NCBI GenBank assembly: GCA_951406725.2
Contig: OX597815.1
Span: 146,506,001-146,570,000, forward strand
Source of the DNA: Octopus vulgaris
Taxonomy: Eukaryota
Length of the DNA stretch: 64,000 nucleotides
Reading direction: 5' to 3'
Both the position numbers and the translations under genes were made by a program. The notes beneath the pieces are model-generated. The model did no database searches. It worked only from the letters and a program-made list of their open reading frames with translations, and was not told the DNA's origin. Each line of letters starts with the position of its first letter. Positions within the stretch are counted from its first letter, which is position 1. Shown here one piece after another: positions 37,990 through 52,650 of the stretch.

Positions 37990-38522
37990 TGTTGATATTT
38001 CTGCTAAGAAATTTCCCTCGCTGATGATATGTTGATTAATCAAAATGTCAGTAAACGCTTGTTTCTTTGATAAGGCTCATATATATATGTGTATATGTAT
38101 GTATATATGTATGTATGTATATATGTATATATATATATGTGTGTATGTATGTATCTATAGAGGGAGAATTCACTAAAACAAAAAAGACAAACGCAGGTCG
38201 TGTAGACAACAAAGAGATGTATTAGTTTAACCCTAGGGAAGCGAAAAAGTATTTACCGTTTCGTGCCTACGCTCTTCCACAGAAAGAAACAGGGAGAGAA
38301 AATAAAGAATGTGTAGTTGCTTGCTACAAATGTTTGTTGAGTCTTTCTAACGTAAACATGCGACAGTCAGGTAGTATGCTGTATACACAATATACATAAG
38401 GTTATGTAATATGTTACGCAACTCCCAGTTCATGAGCCTTATCAAAGGAACAAGCGTTTACTGACATTTTGATTAATCAACATATCATCAATGAGGGAAA
38501 TCTCTTATCAGAAATATCAGCA
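37990..38522. repeat. Inverted repeat, 91-bp arms (37990-38080/38432-38522)
   Basis: Direct reverse-complement match with few mismatches. Confidence 0.92.
38160..38330 (-). mobile_element. Short HHR-bearing element (same family as 62370-62575)
   Basis: Reverse complement TTTCTGTGGAAGAGCGTAGGCACGAAACGGTAAA..CTAATACATCT..TTCTCCCT. Confidence 0.75.
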
Positions 38523-38880
38523 TTTAAGTAACTTAAAGTTCGTGGTGCTATAATCCATTAAACATGAGGGTCGATAGCAGAATGAGATTGCAAAGTAAAA
38601 AAATAGTTAAAAGGCGTTTCAACTGAAAATATATCATTAAGCTTAATTAGCTCCTTCATACCAGTAAAACATATATGAATACTGGAGGATCGTAGGCACC
38701 AAGTATGATACTAGCCCGTAACGAAATTATCTTCAAACGTTTTGTATAAGCAAATAAAGTTCCAGTTCTATTATGCTGGCTGCAATATAATGATGCTGAC
38801 AGGTGAACCAGTTTTTCAGGGTTGCATCGGCTTGTACCGATACAATGTAGGATAAATATAATAATAAAAGCAAGAATTAT

Positions 38881-39191
38881 TGGATGGGATTTATAAACGT
38901 TTAATGCACCACGCCGCGTTTTTCCACATGTCACGTGTCTCTTAAGATCACAGTACGTATTTCTGGGATGATTACAGAACAGTTCGTTAAGTGGAACCTT
39001 CATACTCTGTAGTATATCCATCAATGTGATATCGCCTGAAGAAATGGAGTCATGAAGATGATCAGCCCGATAGCCAAGGATACTACGGACTGCACTCTAA
39101 TCAACCCAGGGATAAGGACTGGGATCTTAAATGACATGAGATTTGTTGAAACGCGCATAACGATGCATTAAAGTTTTATAAATTCCATTCA
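38881..39191. repeat. Old diverged inverted repeat (~115-bp arms)
   Basis: ATGG.ATTTATAAA..TTTAATGCA..CGCGTTT..TTAAGATC.CAGT..CTGGG.TGATTA occurs on both arms. Confidence 0.7.
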
Positions 39192-39245
39192 GTCTATGCA
39201 TATTATATATAAAATATTGATATCGAATATATATACGTATGTATG

Positions 39246-39285
<40 letters not shown>

Positions 39286-39458
39286 ATAGTATGATAGTAA
39301 TAATATTAAAACGTCAGTCAGCCCAAATTTCGAATATTTCTTGTAATTCTTAAACTTGTTTTATAACATGAATATTTTCGTTCGTATATATACATTCACA
39401 AACATTTCTCTAACCATGTGTATATACATACATACACATATATATGTGTGTATGCGAG

Positions 39459-39489
<31 letters not shown>

Positions 39490-41217
39490 GTAAGAGGTAA
39501 TGGTCTCATTGAAACACAGAGGTGTCAGGTAATGCTGAATACGTGCTATAGAAAGACCATAGTTAAGTTCCACCTCACTCTCTGTTTTGTACCCTATCTA
39601 AACTAACTAGAAACAGCTGTAAGACCTTCTATCTATAATTGTTCCAATATCTACAGAGCTTTGGCTTTTTTATCTCATTACGCAAGAAATTCTTATATAT
39701 ATGTATGCCTGTATGCATGTATGTATGTATGCACGTATGTATGTAGGTATATGCGTGTGTGTGTTCATATGCATGTATACATTTAAGTGTACATTCGAAG
39801 TGTACATTATACAATTTTTCCCAACACCATCTTCCACACAAAATGGTTAAGTATGGCAAAGCATATTACTAATAAGGCCAAGGAAAAGCTTACAGAGATA
39901 TACCTGTGATATTTATAAACGTCATTTTTATGAAACATGCCCATCTCAGTGATTGCCAACCTCCCGTAGCAATGCATGTATAGGAGATTTAAGCCTAGGG
40001 GTAATTTTTTTATAAAGTGACACAGATCTATTGTAGGTCGTATATTCTGGTGTTATATCGACTCATCTGAATGTTCTTTAAAAAATTTACTTAGTCATCC
40101 CGTATCATGTACATTGTGATATCAACAATTAATTCCTATCACGAATCTGATTAATTGTAAAATCAAATGACATGATCTACTCTGCTAAATATTTCATGCA
40201 AACCTGTTTCAACAATAAAGATCATATTAGAATTCCTGTTTATGTATATATAAATTTCGTGATATCTAGCAGTTACAAAATGTAAAAATGTCAGACATTA
40301 TTTTAATGACCCTCAAACAAAATCTTATATATAATCTATCTTCATTGACGTTTTGCTTAAAAGTGCAGTCCTTATGAAAAAAGATATATATCGGGGTATA
40401 TAATCTACACTGATTTCCATACAAAAAATTTACTGCATAAATCAATCCCTGTGTTTGCTATTGTCCACAAAATTATAATGCACAGAATATATTTGAGTGA
40501 CAAGTCGTCGCGTAAAGAAGGAAGTAGATGCGACGAACAGGAATGGTGAGCGAAGACCATTATTAGCTTTATTCAATTAATTTCAAACATCGATCGAAAA
40601 TACGTCTCTATTTTGTGTAGTTGTAGTATATCACATTTTCTTTTTTATTGAAATCAATATTATCAGACAGTGTTGAAAGTTATATCATCTTCGTTCTCGG
40701 CCAATATTTATTTGATACTATATTTAGATTTCTTAAAGCATTAGATATGGTTAGATCTACGTTTAGGTTTTCTAAATTTGGAAAATAGATATTTATTTTT
40801 GTTAATGTAAATGAAAGAAGACTGTGACGAAACTAAAATTAGAAAGTACATTTATTCGTGATTTCCAGACAGGGATTTAGTAAATAGGACAGCTTTAATG
40901 TCACATTTAAATACACACGCACGCAGATACAAAGACACACGCACACACACACACACACACACAAACACATATACACGTATGTATGTGTAGGTGTGTCTGT
41001 GTGTGCTAATGTTTCTTGTGTATACTAATGTGTCTGTGTGTGCTAATGGCCAATCTATCCATTTGTAGAATATTGCTGTGAGTGACTTCGAAGTTTCGCC
41101 CAGTTAAATCATCGGCCGACTATAGGTGAAATGTCCAAGACTTCGAAGTCACTGTAAACAATATTCTTATTTAAGGATACAGACACACGCACGCACACAT
41201 ACACATAAATATATGTA

Positions 41218-41258
<41 letters not shown>

Positions 41259-42468
41259 GAAGATATATGTATATCGCATGTATACTGTGTATACATATAT
41301 GCATAAGGGAACATCTATGTCTGTGTGCTTGTGTGACACACCAGGGCTTGAATATTTTATAAATGTATATAACAATACAAAGTTCGAAACATATAGATTT
41401 ATTTTTTAATAATTGACGCTAAAATCATTGATGACCAAAACACTAATTATTCTTATTAGTGCTCAACCATTATATTTCATTTCTTTATAATCGATTATCC
41501 CTAAGCTATTTTACTGCACAAAGCAGACTTTTGAGATAATGATTATTTCTTACTGGTAAATATTCAATGAAAGAATTCAGCAAAATTTCCGATTATTAAG
41601 AGTAATCTATTTGATTGCGTATGTCTAAAGATCGAACGATGTAACTGCTTGTCCTATCTTTGAAATATTTTATTGAACGGTAAAATATAAGGTTTATACC
41701 ATTGTACTGCTTTTCTTTTTGTTACAAATATAATAATATTTCTTCCAGTTTTGGCACAAAGCAATTTTGAAGTCCAAGTGGCTAGGCGATTACATCGATC
41801 GACTGTTTGAGTGGTATGTTATTTAATAGACTCCGCAAGGTGAAAAGCAATGTTAACCACGGTGGTAATGCCACTGAACATTTCATCCGATGCCCAAGAA
41901 GTTCTGCCATCTTTCCAACTTCTTCAGATTACCATGTCTCACTTACAAAACGTATCAGGCAAAACTCCCTTAAATATATTGTACCCTTATTTAAATGGAA
42001 GAAAACATTGGATAGTACGCTAAATTTTTTCTCAAAAAAAATTCATGACCCCGCGAATCTATTATCCATAAACTTAAATGTGTGCATGTGTGTCGGTGTT
42101 TGTGTGAGTGAGGACAGCTGTGTGCGCGTGCAAGCTCTCGTATAAGAAGTATGACAAACGAAAAAATGACACATCCTGGGAGAGACAACTTATAAATAAT
42201 TTTTAACGAGTAGAAAAGGGAAAAGCCTGAAAGTTACTGACGTTAATCGATCTGAACAAAAACTTAGAAGTGAGAACTTTCAAGATGAGCATATCTTGGG
42301 TGAAGCGGTATATATATAACCAGTGACACTGTCAGTGCTGAAAATAATTATTGATTTAAATTTCCTTCGTGAAAGAAAGGTAAATACAGTGCTAGCTACT
42401 CTCAAAGAAAAGGAGTTGAATATTATCAAGAAATTGAAAATGAATTTCAATAAAATCGAAATATATGT

Positions 42469-42746
42469 TTAAATTTAATTTGTCAAAATATTTTTCGTCG
42501 CTTTGAGACCCCAACCTGTTCACTGATAAAATTCCGTGCTGTATCTCGGAATGTTGTCAGTGAACAGGTCGTGGTCTCAAAGCGACGAAAATATTTTGAC
42601 AAATTAAATTTAAATGTTGAAGCGAATCTAACATCTTTTGTAAGTTTTTAAATAACTAATAAACACCTTCCAAACTGCAATTGATTTCATTTCAGCAGGT
42701 GATCTCGGATCAGGTCACTTGCTATGCAAGTACATCTCCGTAACTC
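42469..42746. mobile_element. Fold-back element (147-bp hairpin plus unique tail) with 12-bp TSD
   Basis: Near-perfect palindrome at 42468-42614. CGAAATATATGT is duplicated at 42457-42468 and 42747-42758. Confidence 0.85.
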
Positions 42747-44018
42747 CGAAATATATGTCTACGTTGAAAACTAATGCTTGTTATCAGGTTCTGCTCCTTG
42801 TCATCAGTATATAGGTATTCAAAAGTGACAATGTTTAAGCAACAGACAAATGCGATTTTACAATTGAAAACAAATACCTTATGAGTATTTTAGGCTGTAG
42901 TTTTTTGCCTAATTAAGCAAGAAAATAAACTAAAGGTAATAAATCGAATCGGTCAATGACAGGATTGTAGATGAAGGAATAGGAATCATATATAGCTATG
43001 AAAACAGCTATGGAATTCTTTCCTAAACATACAATACACACATAAATGCATGTATATCTGAATCACTCTCTTTCTCCCTCTCTTTACACACGCATATACA
43101 CACATATATATAGGTGTGTATATATAATAGACGCATGTATTTATACGTTAATATATATATATTTATATATACACACACACATAATTAAATCCACATGGTT
43201 TCATTATATCTTCTCTAAGCTAGATTTTCCATTGGTACACCTTTCAACATCGAACTAACGAGCGTTGTTACGTAAAGAGTAAATATATATTTTCAAATTA
43301 TGACTAATTTAATTAAACATTGTTTCAACTATGTTGTTGTTGTATGACTTATACAGGCTTACCTCGTTTACCAACTACCTCAACCAGAGATTCTAAAAAT
43401 TAACCTTTGTATATTACGTATCATCTTTGTAAAACACAATTAAATACACATACATACACACACACACTCACACACAAGCACACGCTCAATTATTCACATA
43501 CATACACACGCCGTCACACACATGTTTATATGTAAACACATACATAACACAAATATATGCATGTGAATACAAATATTCATCTTGAATATTGATCTTTGCG
43601 CAGATGTGTGCACTAAGATATCATTTTTCATTAAATCTGCAATATCAAAAGCTGTTACCAAAAACAAAAAGAATTACAAAATAAGAACATTTATGCACAC
43701 GTGTAATATTTATTTACTCATATATATACGTTCATACACAAATCCATCCATACATACTTGTAAAGATACCATATGCATGCATATATATATATATGTCGAG
43801 GGAGAAAGAGAGAGGGAGAGAGGAAGATAGAAAGTGAGGGTATCATCTGGAATGATTGTTATTTAACAGACATGTAAACTAAATGTGTCAATAAGATTCA
43901 GAATCTAAACTTTTCATAGAACAGTTTCACGTTTACACAGTGATATGTTGAAATATATACTGTACAATTTCTACTAGAAAACGTGCATCGGTTTAATGTA
44001 AGTAAGTATGTATCTATG

Positions 44019-44052
<34 letters not shown>

Positions 44053-44198
44053 TGTATGTATGTATGTGAGTTGTGTATATGTAAGTATGTATGTGTGTAT
44101 GTAAATTTGTATGGGTTGTATGTATGTATGCATGTATGTATATATTTATATGTGTAACTGTTTATCTAATCTATATTTAGATTGATAGATAAATGGAC

Positions 44199-44241
<43 letters not shown>

Positions 44242-44258
44242 CACACACACACACACAG

Positions 44259-44336
<78 letters not shown>

Positions 44337-47300
44337 ATGTATATACTAGAGAAAGTAGATGAATAGATGAATAGATAGATTGATAGATTCGCAGGAAACT
44401 GGGTGAGTATGTTTTCTTCTTGCGCATGCACACTTGTATGCTTTTCGTTTTACTGTGATCACACTCATACTCAAGCACACGCACGCGCGCGCACACAGGC
44501 ACAGACATAGGCACACATTCACACAGATATAATGCACGCACAATCAAGCACGTATGTATAAAGAACAGAGAGCGATAACAAATTTTTGCCAGAAAGGTCA
44601 CACTGTACGGGGCCTTCTAATCAGAATCTATTGAACGATGTGCACAATGAGATTCGGTTGGAACCTGTGTTTCAGCTACAATCATACATCACTGCCATGC
44701 TGCCTCTATAGTTGCAATACATATTCAGGTTTTCAAGTACAAATATCTATGACTGCCAGCAATGTTATACATTTTTTGTTTATTTTCATTCAATATATAT
44801 TTGAAATATCTTTTCTCGGAGCAAAAACAATCTTTACACTCGCAGCTTGTTGAAACCTTATACTAAAGATTTCTAGTACTTTTTCACAGTATGCATAAGA
44901 ACTTTGTTGAATCCTGTATAAATGAGTTTAAATACATCAATGTCTGTTACTCGAGTACAATTCCAAACGGTTAATCGGAGCTATTGAGGGATCATAAAAA
45001 TGACTGGTTTTCCGAACGAAACAAACTGTTATCATGGCCACGTGTGCTTAAAATGTTCAACCTTTCAACCACATTGACATGTTCAAACTCTCTGCAGAAC
45101 ACAATGGGGCTATTGTTTTCTCACACAATCTTCGTGCTCCTATTTAATTAAAAGTGATTTTTGCCCGATGGAACCTTCTTGATAGCAATCAATTGGAGTG
45201 TATGCGTCTATATAGATACAACCATCACCATGTCTAACAACACTATCTGGACCATGTGTAGGTTTAATGGTTTTAGAATTCTCAGGTTGCCCTTGAATGC
45301 GTTTGGAGGTTTTAAACCATCATCTGGACCATCCTTTTATTATTCTATTGTTTTACTTGTTTCAGTCATTTGACTGTGGCCATACTGAGCACGGTCTTGA
45401 ATATATATAGCTGACATATATATTTTTTAAACACTCTTCTTTCAGTGCGTTCAGGTACAACAATAACGTAACTAAAACTTAAATAATAATGATCTATAAT
45501 GCTTATTTTGTAAATCGATAGCTGATAATATTAGGTCAAAACAAATTGAAATCTATAGAATAAAACCGGAGCTCTCAATAATTTTTCATGCCTTGTGAAT
45601 CACAATATAACGAACAATACGTTTGAATATTTTAAAAAGTGTTATCATTACAATTTCAGAAATACAATTTAAAAATCTATAGTTTTATTAGATATACTTA
45701 TATATTTTCCAAATTATAATCATACATTTCAAATCATTCAAATATTTGGCTGAAATTTATAGAATTTGGATAACCTCGTTATCCAAACCGAATAGCAACG
45801 TTTAAAATCCGCTGAATATGTAAAAATGAACTAGAGAGAGCATTGTATATATCGTCTATTAATCAGCTTGTATTAATAGTTAAATCACTCACAGATCCTA
45901 CACTTAAAGGATGAAAAATTTGATAATGAGCTAAAATACATAAACGTTTCGGTTCCTGAAATACATTCATTGAAGCCAATATTATTGACTGATATTTATA
46001 TATTTTCAAATTAACATAACTTGTTTTTGTTTCGGTCATGGACAACTACACCCGTGTAGCCCCAGGCTATCTAGGCCTAGACTGTCTAATATGTATTATC
46101 TTATTTAAAATGGTAATGCATTTTTTGAGAGAGATTTGCCTGACCTTTTTGGCAAAAACTGTGTCCATCTAGTAGATTCTTTGCAGATTGACTGTCGTTC
46201 CAGTTAGATTAGATATTCTGTGTTGACCAACTTCTCATGACTGCATCTAAGACTATATCACAAAGTTTAATACCTTCCCTCGAAAATTCGTTAGATATAA
46301 TCTAAAGAAGAATTCTTTACTATTTCTAGATGGTCTGGTAACGCTTTAGAAGCGCTATTGACTAACATTAATTTATGCGTCTCGTTTCACAAAATCTGAA
46401 ATACATGAAATGGTATATTAATTTACCGTGCAAGACAAACGAAGATGGATCATTGTATTATATTAAAATGAAATCGAATTAATTAGGTCTTCTTCATTAC
46501 GTGTTAGCTGTTAGAATGGAAAAAGAAGTCCGTTCTAATGTTTTAGAAATTTCGCTAAGAGAATTTTGTACTGATTAACATCTTATTATCATGTATTTGA
46601 ACGAATATTTGAATTTCAATTAGTAGATTAGTGTAGCGAACAATAAATGCATGCTAAATCCAAAGAAAGTCACTCGACAAGAAGCAAGATTTTCAACATA
46701 CATTTATCAAAGTACGTAAAAATATTTGACAATGCTAACTACATTTAAGTCCCAATCAAAGAGATTATAATTTTGTTAAATAGAACAATTATGCCAAGTT
46801 AATCATATAAAACATTTTTGCAGAGATTTATCGCTCAGAGAAATAGGAATAAAAGAAGAAAGTAACGATAGCTATATGTTCAGCAGAAGAAAGATGCAAT
46901 TAAAATTATGTTCGTTCATGTAACCGACATATTTCTTCCCAATCAAAATACACACACACACACACAATACATACATATATACATATATACATAAACACAC
47001 ACACACACACACATATATATGTATATATATATATATGGCTTTAATGCGTTTATATAAATCTTATGTATACGAGTGCATATAGACAGATACATACGCATAC
47101 ATATATAAATGTTGCTCGTCTGTCAAGTATGTGATAACTGAAAGGTATTTATATATACTAAAGGAAACGAGGCCACTCTAACAAAAACCTAATCTAGGTA
47201 ATATTCATCAGAGAAAAGAGCTGCATTTTCTGGTCAGTGACAGATTAGATGATTAGATATGTTAATAGCGTTTATGACCGTGGTCTCGATTAAACAAATC

Positions 47301-47595
47301 AGTTTTATTTGCATCACCTGTTGGTTCAACTGCATCGAGTATACTCAGGTTGTTAATATAGCCACTGATCTCTTCGAGGATCGTCAATAAGGTTTTTGCA
47401 ATATCTATGGAGGACTAAAATAAAATGAGGTACTGTAAGAACAATTCGATATTCTTCTGCCTACTGAGAAATAAAACTGAAGTTGTAACCAGTATATAAA
47501 TATCTTTTACACTAAGCTAAAGCTGAGGTCCTATTAAACCTGTACCATTCAGATTGAGTTATGCGAGAAGAAATCTTGAAGGCCTTCCACACACA

Positions 47596-47665
<70 letters not shown>

Positions 47666-47814
47666 AGGGAAAAGTAAAAAGAAAACAGAGAAAATGCACA
47701 TTAGAAATGAAAAATAAACGCTTTTTTAAGAAAACCAAAACTATATACATACAATTAGAGTATTTGAGGTGGAATTATGAAGTATATAAATCTTTTTTAT
47801 GAATCATTATAGAG

Positions 47815-48630
47815 ATTCAAAGTCATATCGTCAGAGCTGACCACTGACTTTGAATGAACACCGATTTCCAAAGGGTGTTGGGTTTAATAGTACCCGAGTG
47901 AAAAGATTACATAGAAGGGAATTAAACAGTTCTGGAAGTGATGCAATTAAGGCGGATATAAATGCTGGAATACGAATGCTGTACGGAATATATGGAGATT
48001 AGGGGAATTACTGGACTTGGTAAAGTTAGTGGTGTCCGGTATTAAGTTGTGTATTCATGTTGAGTTGTGGATGATATTTATTAATGAAAGTTGTCACTTT
48101 ATTTAATCTTTGCTGTACTGAGGTGTTCCGTGAAGATTAATAAATAAGGAAAATTAGGAAGTTCGATTTAAGGTTCCTAACGCATCTTTCTATGTGCTCA
48201 CTGACATGTATCTGTTTATATTGTGGGTAGTGTATTTGTTCTTTCTGAAGAGTTGTTTTTCGTCGGAATGACATTCTTGTTTGACTTACATAGTGATAAA
48301 GTTTCAGAGGCACAGGCGAAATTTTATTTTATCTTCAATATTTCATCTTGTTTGAAGTGAAACTCTGTATCCTCCAAAAAGTGGGAATATGTACCACAGT
48401 TAGGTCGCCCGCATTTTTTTGACTTTTGGTTCCGTTGTGAGTGGATATAGTTGCGCTGGTTAATATTTTTTCCAATGATTTCGGTTGCATTTTGCTCTTG
48501 ATAATTTTGTGATTTGTTCATTGCTTTATCTTCAGTGAGAATTGATAGAATTTGGATGATGATGTTGAAGGACTCAATGTTTCTATGGCTGTGTGTGGAG
48601 ATATATGGGAGTATTTTTAGATATGGTGTA
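47815..48630 (-). mobile_element. Decayed PLE, same family as 6957-8600
   Basis: Minus translation LPYISTHSHRNIESFNIIIQ, KKCGRPNCGT..LEDTEFHFKQ, INKYHPQLN, colinear with the 6957 ORF. Small hairpin at 47815-47855 on its 3' side. Confidence 0.8.
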
Positions 48631-48639
48631 GTACATATA

Positions 48640-49517
48640 CAGAGTGTTTCAAAGAATTTGATATCATCTCTCGTTCTAATAACTTTACCAGTCCTTGTTC
48701 AAATGACTTCAAAGTTTAACAGTATATGTAGAAACAGGTAAAATTTTATATTTTTATCTTTTCAGGTATAGAAATGGCATTCACTGGAAGAGAAAAGGCA
48801 TTTTGTGTTTTGGAGTATGGCCGAACATATTCGACCAAGACTGTGCAGCATGTATTTGTGAGAAAGTTCTCTAAAACGTCACCAACGCAATTGCAGATTT
48901 GAACATGACACACAAAATTCAAAAAGGAAGGCTGTCTGTGCAGGACAATAGCATATGGATGACCTCTAACATTGAATAAGAAGAACAAGTCTGGAAACCC
49001 AGATTTCTCCAACGACAGTTTGGCGCGTCTCGAGGAAACGCTTGCTAATGAAACCCTACAAGCTGAATCTCGTCCAGGCCATGAGAGCACATGGCAAGCA
49101 AAAGCGCGAACAATTCTGTGATGATATGCAAGAGAGACGTGATGGAGCAGAGTTCAAGGGACGTCTTGTTTTAAATGATGAGGCCACATTCCATACGAAT
49201 GGCAAAGTCAATAAGCATAGTGTTCGCATTTGGGGCGAAGAAATTCCCCATGCCAAAGTTGAGCATGATAGGGAAAGTGAATGTGTTTTGTGCCATCTCC
49301 AAGGAGCATCTTCATGACCCGTTTATCTTTGAGGGAAATGTGACCTGCGATGTGAAATCTTTCATGGAATCCACATACCTTTGAATTTCTTATTCAAATT
49401 TGAAGGCATAAATCTTATGTTGCTCAACATTAAGCCTGTTTAGTTTCATTTGCTTTGACTTTGTACTTTTTGTGATATTTACATCGCAAACGATATCAAA
49501 TGTTTTGAAACGTCCTA
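48640..49517 (+). mobile_element. Internally deleted Tc1/mariner (rosa/maT-like) DNA transposon
   Basis: TIRs CAGAGTGTTTCAAAGAATTTGATATC and GATATCAAATGTTTTGAAACGTCCTA with TA on both sides. Remnants MAFTGREKAFCVLEY..FKKEG and KPYKLNLVQ..LNDEATFHTNGKVNKHSVRIWG (first catalytic D). Confidence 0.88.
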
Positions 49518-49955
49518 TACATGTATACATATATATGTGTCTATATATCTACATGCATCTATTATATTCCTCTTCTACACAATAAAATGAAACTAATTGA
49601 ATCATAAGTATTTTTAGCACGTGAGTGTCATCACGGAAACGTATGAACTGCTCCAAACCATTCAAACATTAAACTCTATCAACAAACTGGCGTCTTCTCC
49701 AGATATCATAACATTGGTTATACATTCTTCTCTGATATTGACATATTGATGTAAATAAGTATATCTTGTACATAGATAATTTTTTCAGTTCATATAGATA
49801 AATATTTTGTTTAGAAATCTCAACAAATTTAAAATGAAACCAGACACATTTTATTTAGCCGTTTATGCAAGTTTTGTTACACACACACACACACATACAT
49901 ACATACATACATACATACATACATACATACATACACACACATACATACATACATA

Positions 49956-50006
<51 letters not shown>

Positions 50007-50223
50007 TTATGTACGTATGTAAATGGTTTTAGTATGGGGGAAAATTTGATCATGAGCATTAAAGTATTGCAGAAACCGACTGGTCTCGATACATCGTAAG
50101 TAAATCTATCTTAAAGACTGCATTCACAAGTTATTTCAAATGTGAATGTGATTTTACAATTTAAATTAGAATGTCAATTGGCAACCTGTTCGCAATTTCT
50201 CAACTCACTAATGCAAATATGTG

Positions 50224-50272
<49 letters not shown>

Positions 50273-50480
50273 TTATATATATATATATATATATATACAC
50301 AGACATATGTGTGTGCCTAAGTGTACGTGTGCGCGCACGTTGTTTCATGACATAAGTGGACGTCATACCCGTGTAATTGCAGTAATTCTTTTCAATTTCT
50401 TGTCAAACGAAATCGCAATTAGAAATGTTAATAGTGACACAGTAGTGTGTCTTTTAATGATAATAATAGCAATAATAATG

Positions 50481-50562
<82 letters not shown>

Positions 50563-50678
50563 TAATAATAATAATAATGATAATAATAATAATAATAATG
50601 ATGATGATGATAATAATAATAATAATAATAGAAATAATAATAATAAAAATAATAATAATAACAATAATAATAATAATG

Positions 50679-50758
<80 letters not shown>

Positions 50759-51385
50759 AATAACTATAGCTAAAAAAATTTACACTGACATTCCTCGAAA
50801 TGTATTTAAAATCATTATTTCTTTTCGCATGAATACTCTTGATACGTTCTTATGCAAAATGCATTAACACGAAAAGAAGGAAACCAAGGAGAGGAGATGA
50901 AAAACTAAATTAAAATACAATTCTACATCACATTGACAGCGTAGAAAATGACGCTTTTCGTTTTGTTCTTTAACAGTAAACGGAAACCTAAACCCAACAT
51001 AGATGCTCAAAATGTCACAAATTCCGCTGAACACACGAACGTACTTAAATTAATTATTTCATACGGAATATCAAGTCTGAGATTGTAGATGATAAAGAAT
51101 TGTGTGATATCGTGTATAGACAGTTATAAAGATAATAGAAGCCTTTAGGAGGCAAGGTTACTGAAATAATATATCGTGATTCTAGCCAACTATTGAGGCT
51201 AAGCTGCAAATGCATTTTTATTTATATATTTTTGTGATGAATGCAGCCTGAGGTATTCTATTACAAAACAGCATGAAATCAGCAGGAAAATATGTCAACA
51301 TGACACAAAAACTACTCTAAAATTAGTCATCAACATTTAAGCAACTCGTTACAAACGGACCACGATGGGACTGCATGTAACTGGT

Positions 51386-51416
<31 letters not shown>

Positions 51417-51848
51417 ACTAATTTAGGTTGAGACGCGAAAAGCTGATATATCATTATACACGAAGAAAACAGATACATTTGGACTGAAAAATTTATTTAT
51501 AGATACAGATCCTATCTGTAATCATTTATATTAATTAAATTTGACAATGTCAGTCAGTAAATATTACGTGATACACGAATCTAATTGGATTTTCTTCCAT
51601 TTATTGCATGCGTAAATGTTCTTCCTAAAAATGCTACTGGATGAAGTAAATAGCAAGAACGACTAAATGAATGAGAAGAAAATGCCGAGGTGACGTAAAC
51701 CATTACATCATTTTCAGGTTAAGGAAATATTTTATCAGAATATTTTAGTGTAGAAAAATTTCCAAGAAGTGGCCACAAATGGTTAATTCGGGGCTCAAAG
51801 GCATCTGGTCTTAGATTTCCTTTCTCCCTCATTGCGGTAATGAGTTGT

Positions 51849-51898
<50 letters not shown>

Positions 51899-51899
51899 T

Positions 51900-51937
<38 letters not shown>

Positions 51938-52029
51938 GTACTACTACTGCTGCTGCTGCTGCTGCTTTTCTGTACCTGATGCTTCTCCTGCAGCTCTTCT
52001 ACCTATTATTATTATTATTATTATCATTA

Positions 52030-52222
52030 TTCAGTAGTTTTATTTTCATAGCGTGCTTTCACTTCACTACCGAGCGCAGCTCTGTGTGCCTTGGGTATGT
52101 GCTGTGATTTGTTCTGATGCTCTGATGGTTATTGTATGGAAAGTGTTCTGCGTAGGATGTGTGCAGTGCCTAGTAGTGCAATTTTCTGTATGTTATATGT
52201 GTTTGTAAGTCCTGGTGTTTTT
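52030..52222 (-). mobile_element. R4/Dong-type 3' end fragment
   Basis: Minus translation IQKIALLGTAHILRRTLSIQ* plus 3' UTR, between (AAT)n tracts. Confidence 0.85.
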
Positions 52223-52240
52223 GTTATGTATTTGTCTGAA

Positions 52241-52308
<68 letters not shown>

Positions 52309-52352
52309 TATTATTATTGTTATTATTATCGTTATCATTATTATTATCATCA

Positions 52353-52414
<62 letters not shown>

Positions 52415-52437
52415 GTTGTTGTTATTATTATTATTAT

Positions 52438-52650
52438 AGGCGGCAAAATTTCAAAAATGTTAGCAAGCTGATCTAAATGCTTAGCGGCATTTCGTCCATT
52501 TCTTCGTTTTTGGTTGAAATTCTGCCTAGGTTGATTTTACCTTTCATTGTTTTGCGGTCGATGAAATAAACACCAGCTGATCACTGGCGTAGATCTAATC
52601 GACTTTTCCCTACCACCAACACTTCTGCCCTTGGGACCAAAATTTAAAGA
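52438..52650 (+). mobile_element. SINE family B
   Basis: AGGCGGCAAAATT..AAATGCTTAGCGGCATTTCGTCC..CCTTTCATTG..GGTCGATGAAATAAACACCAG. Confidence 0.8.
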
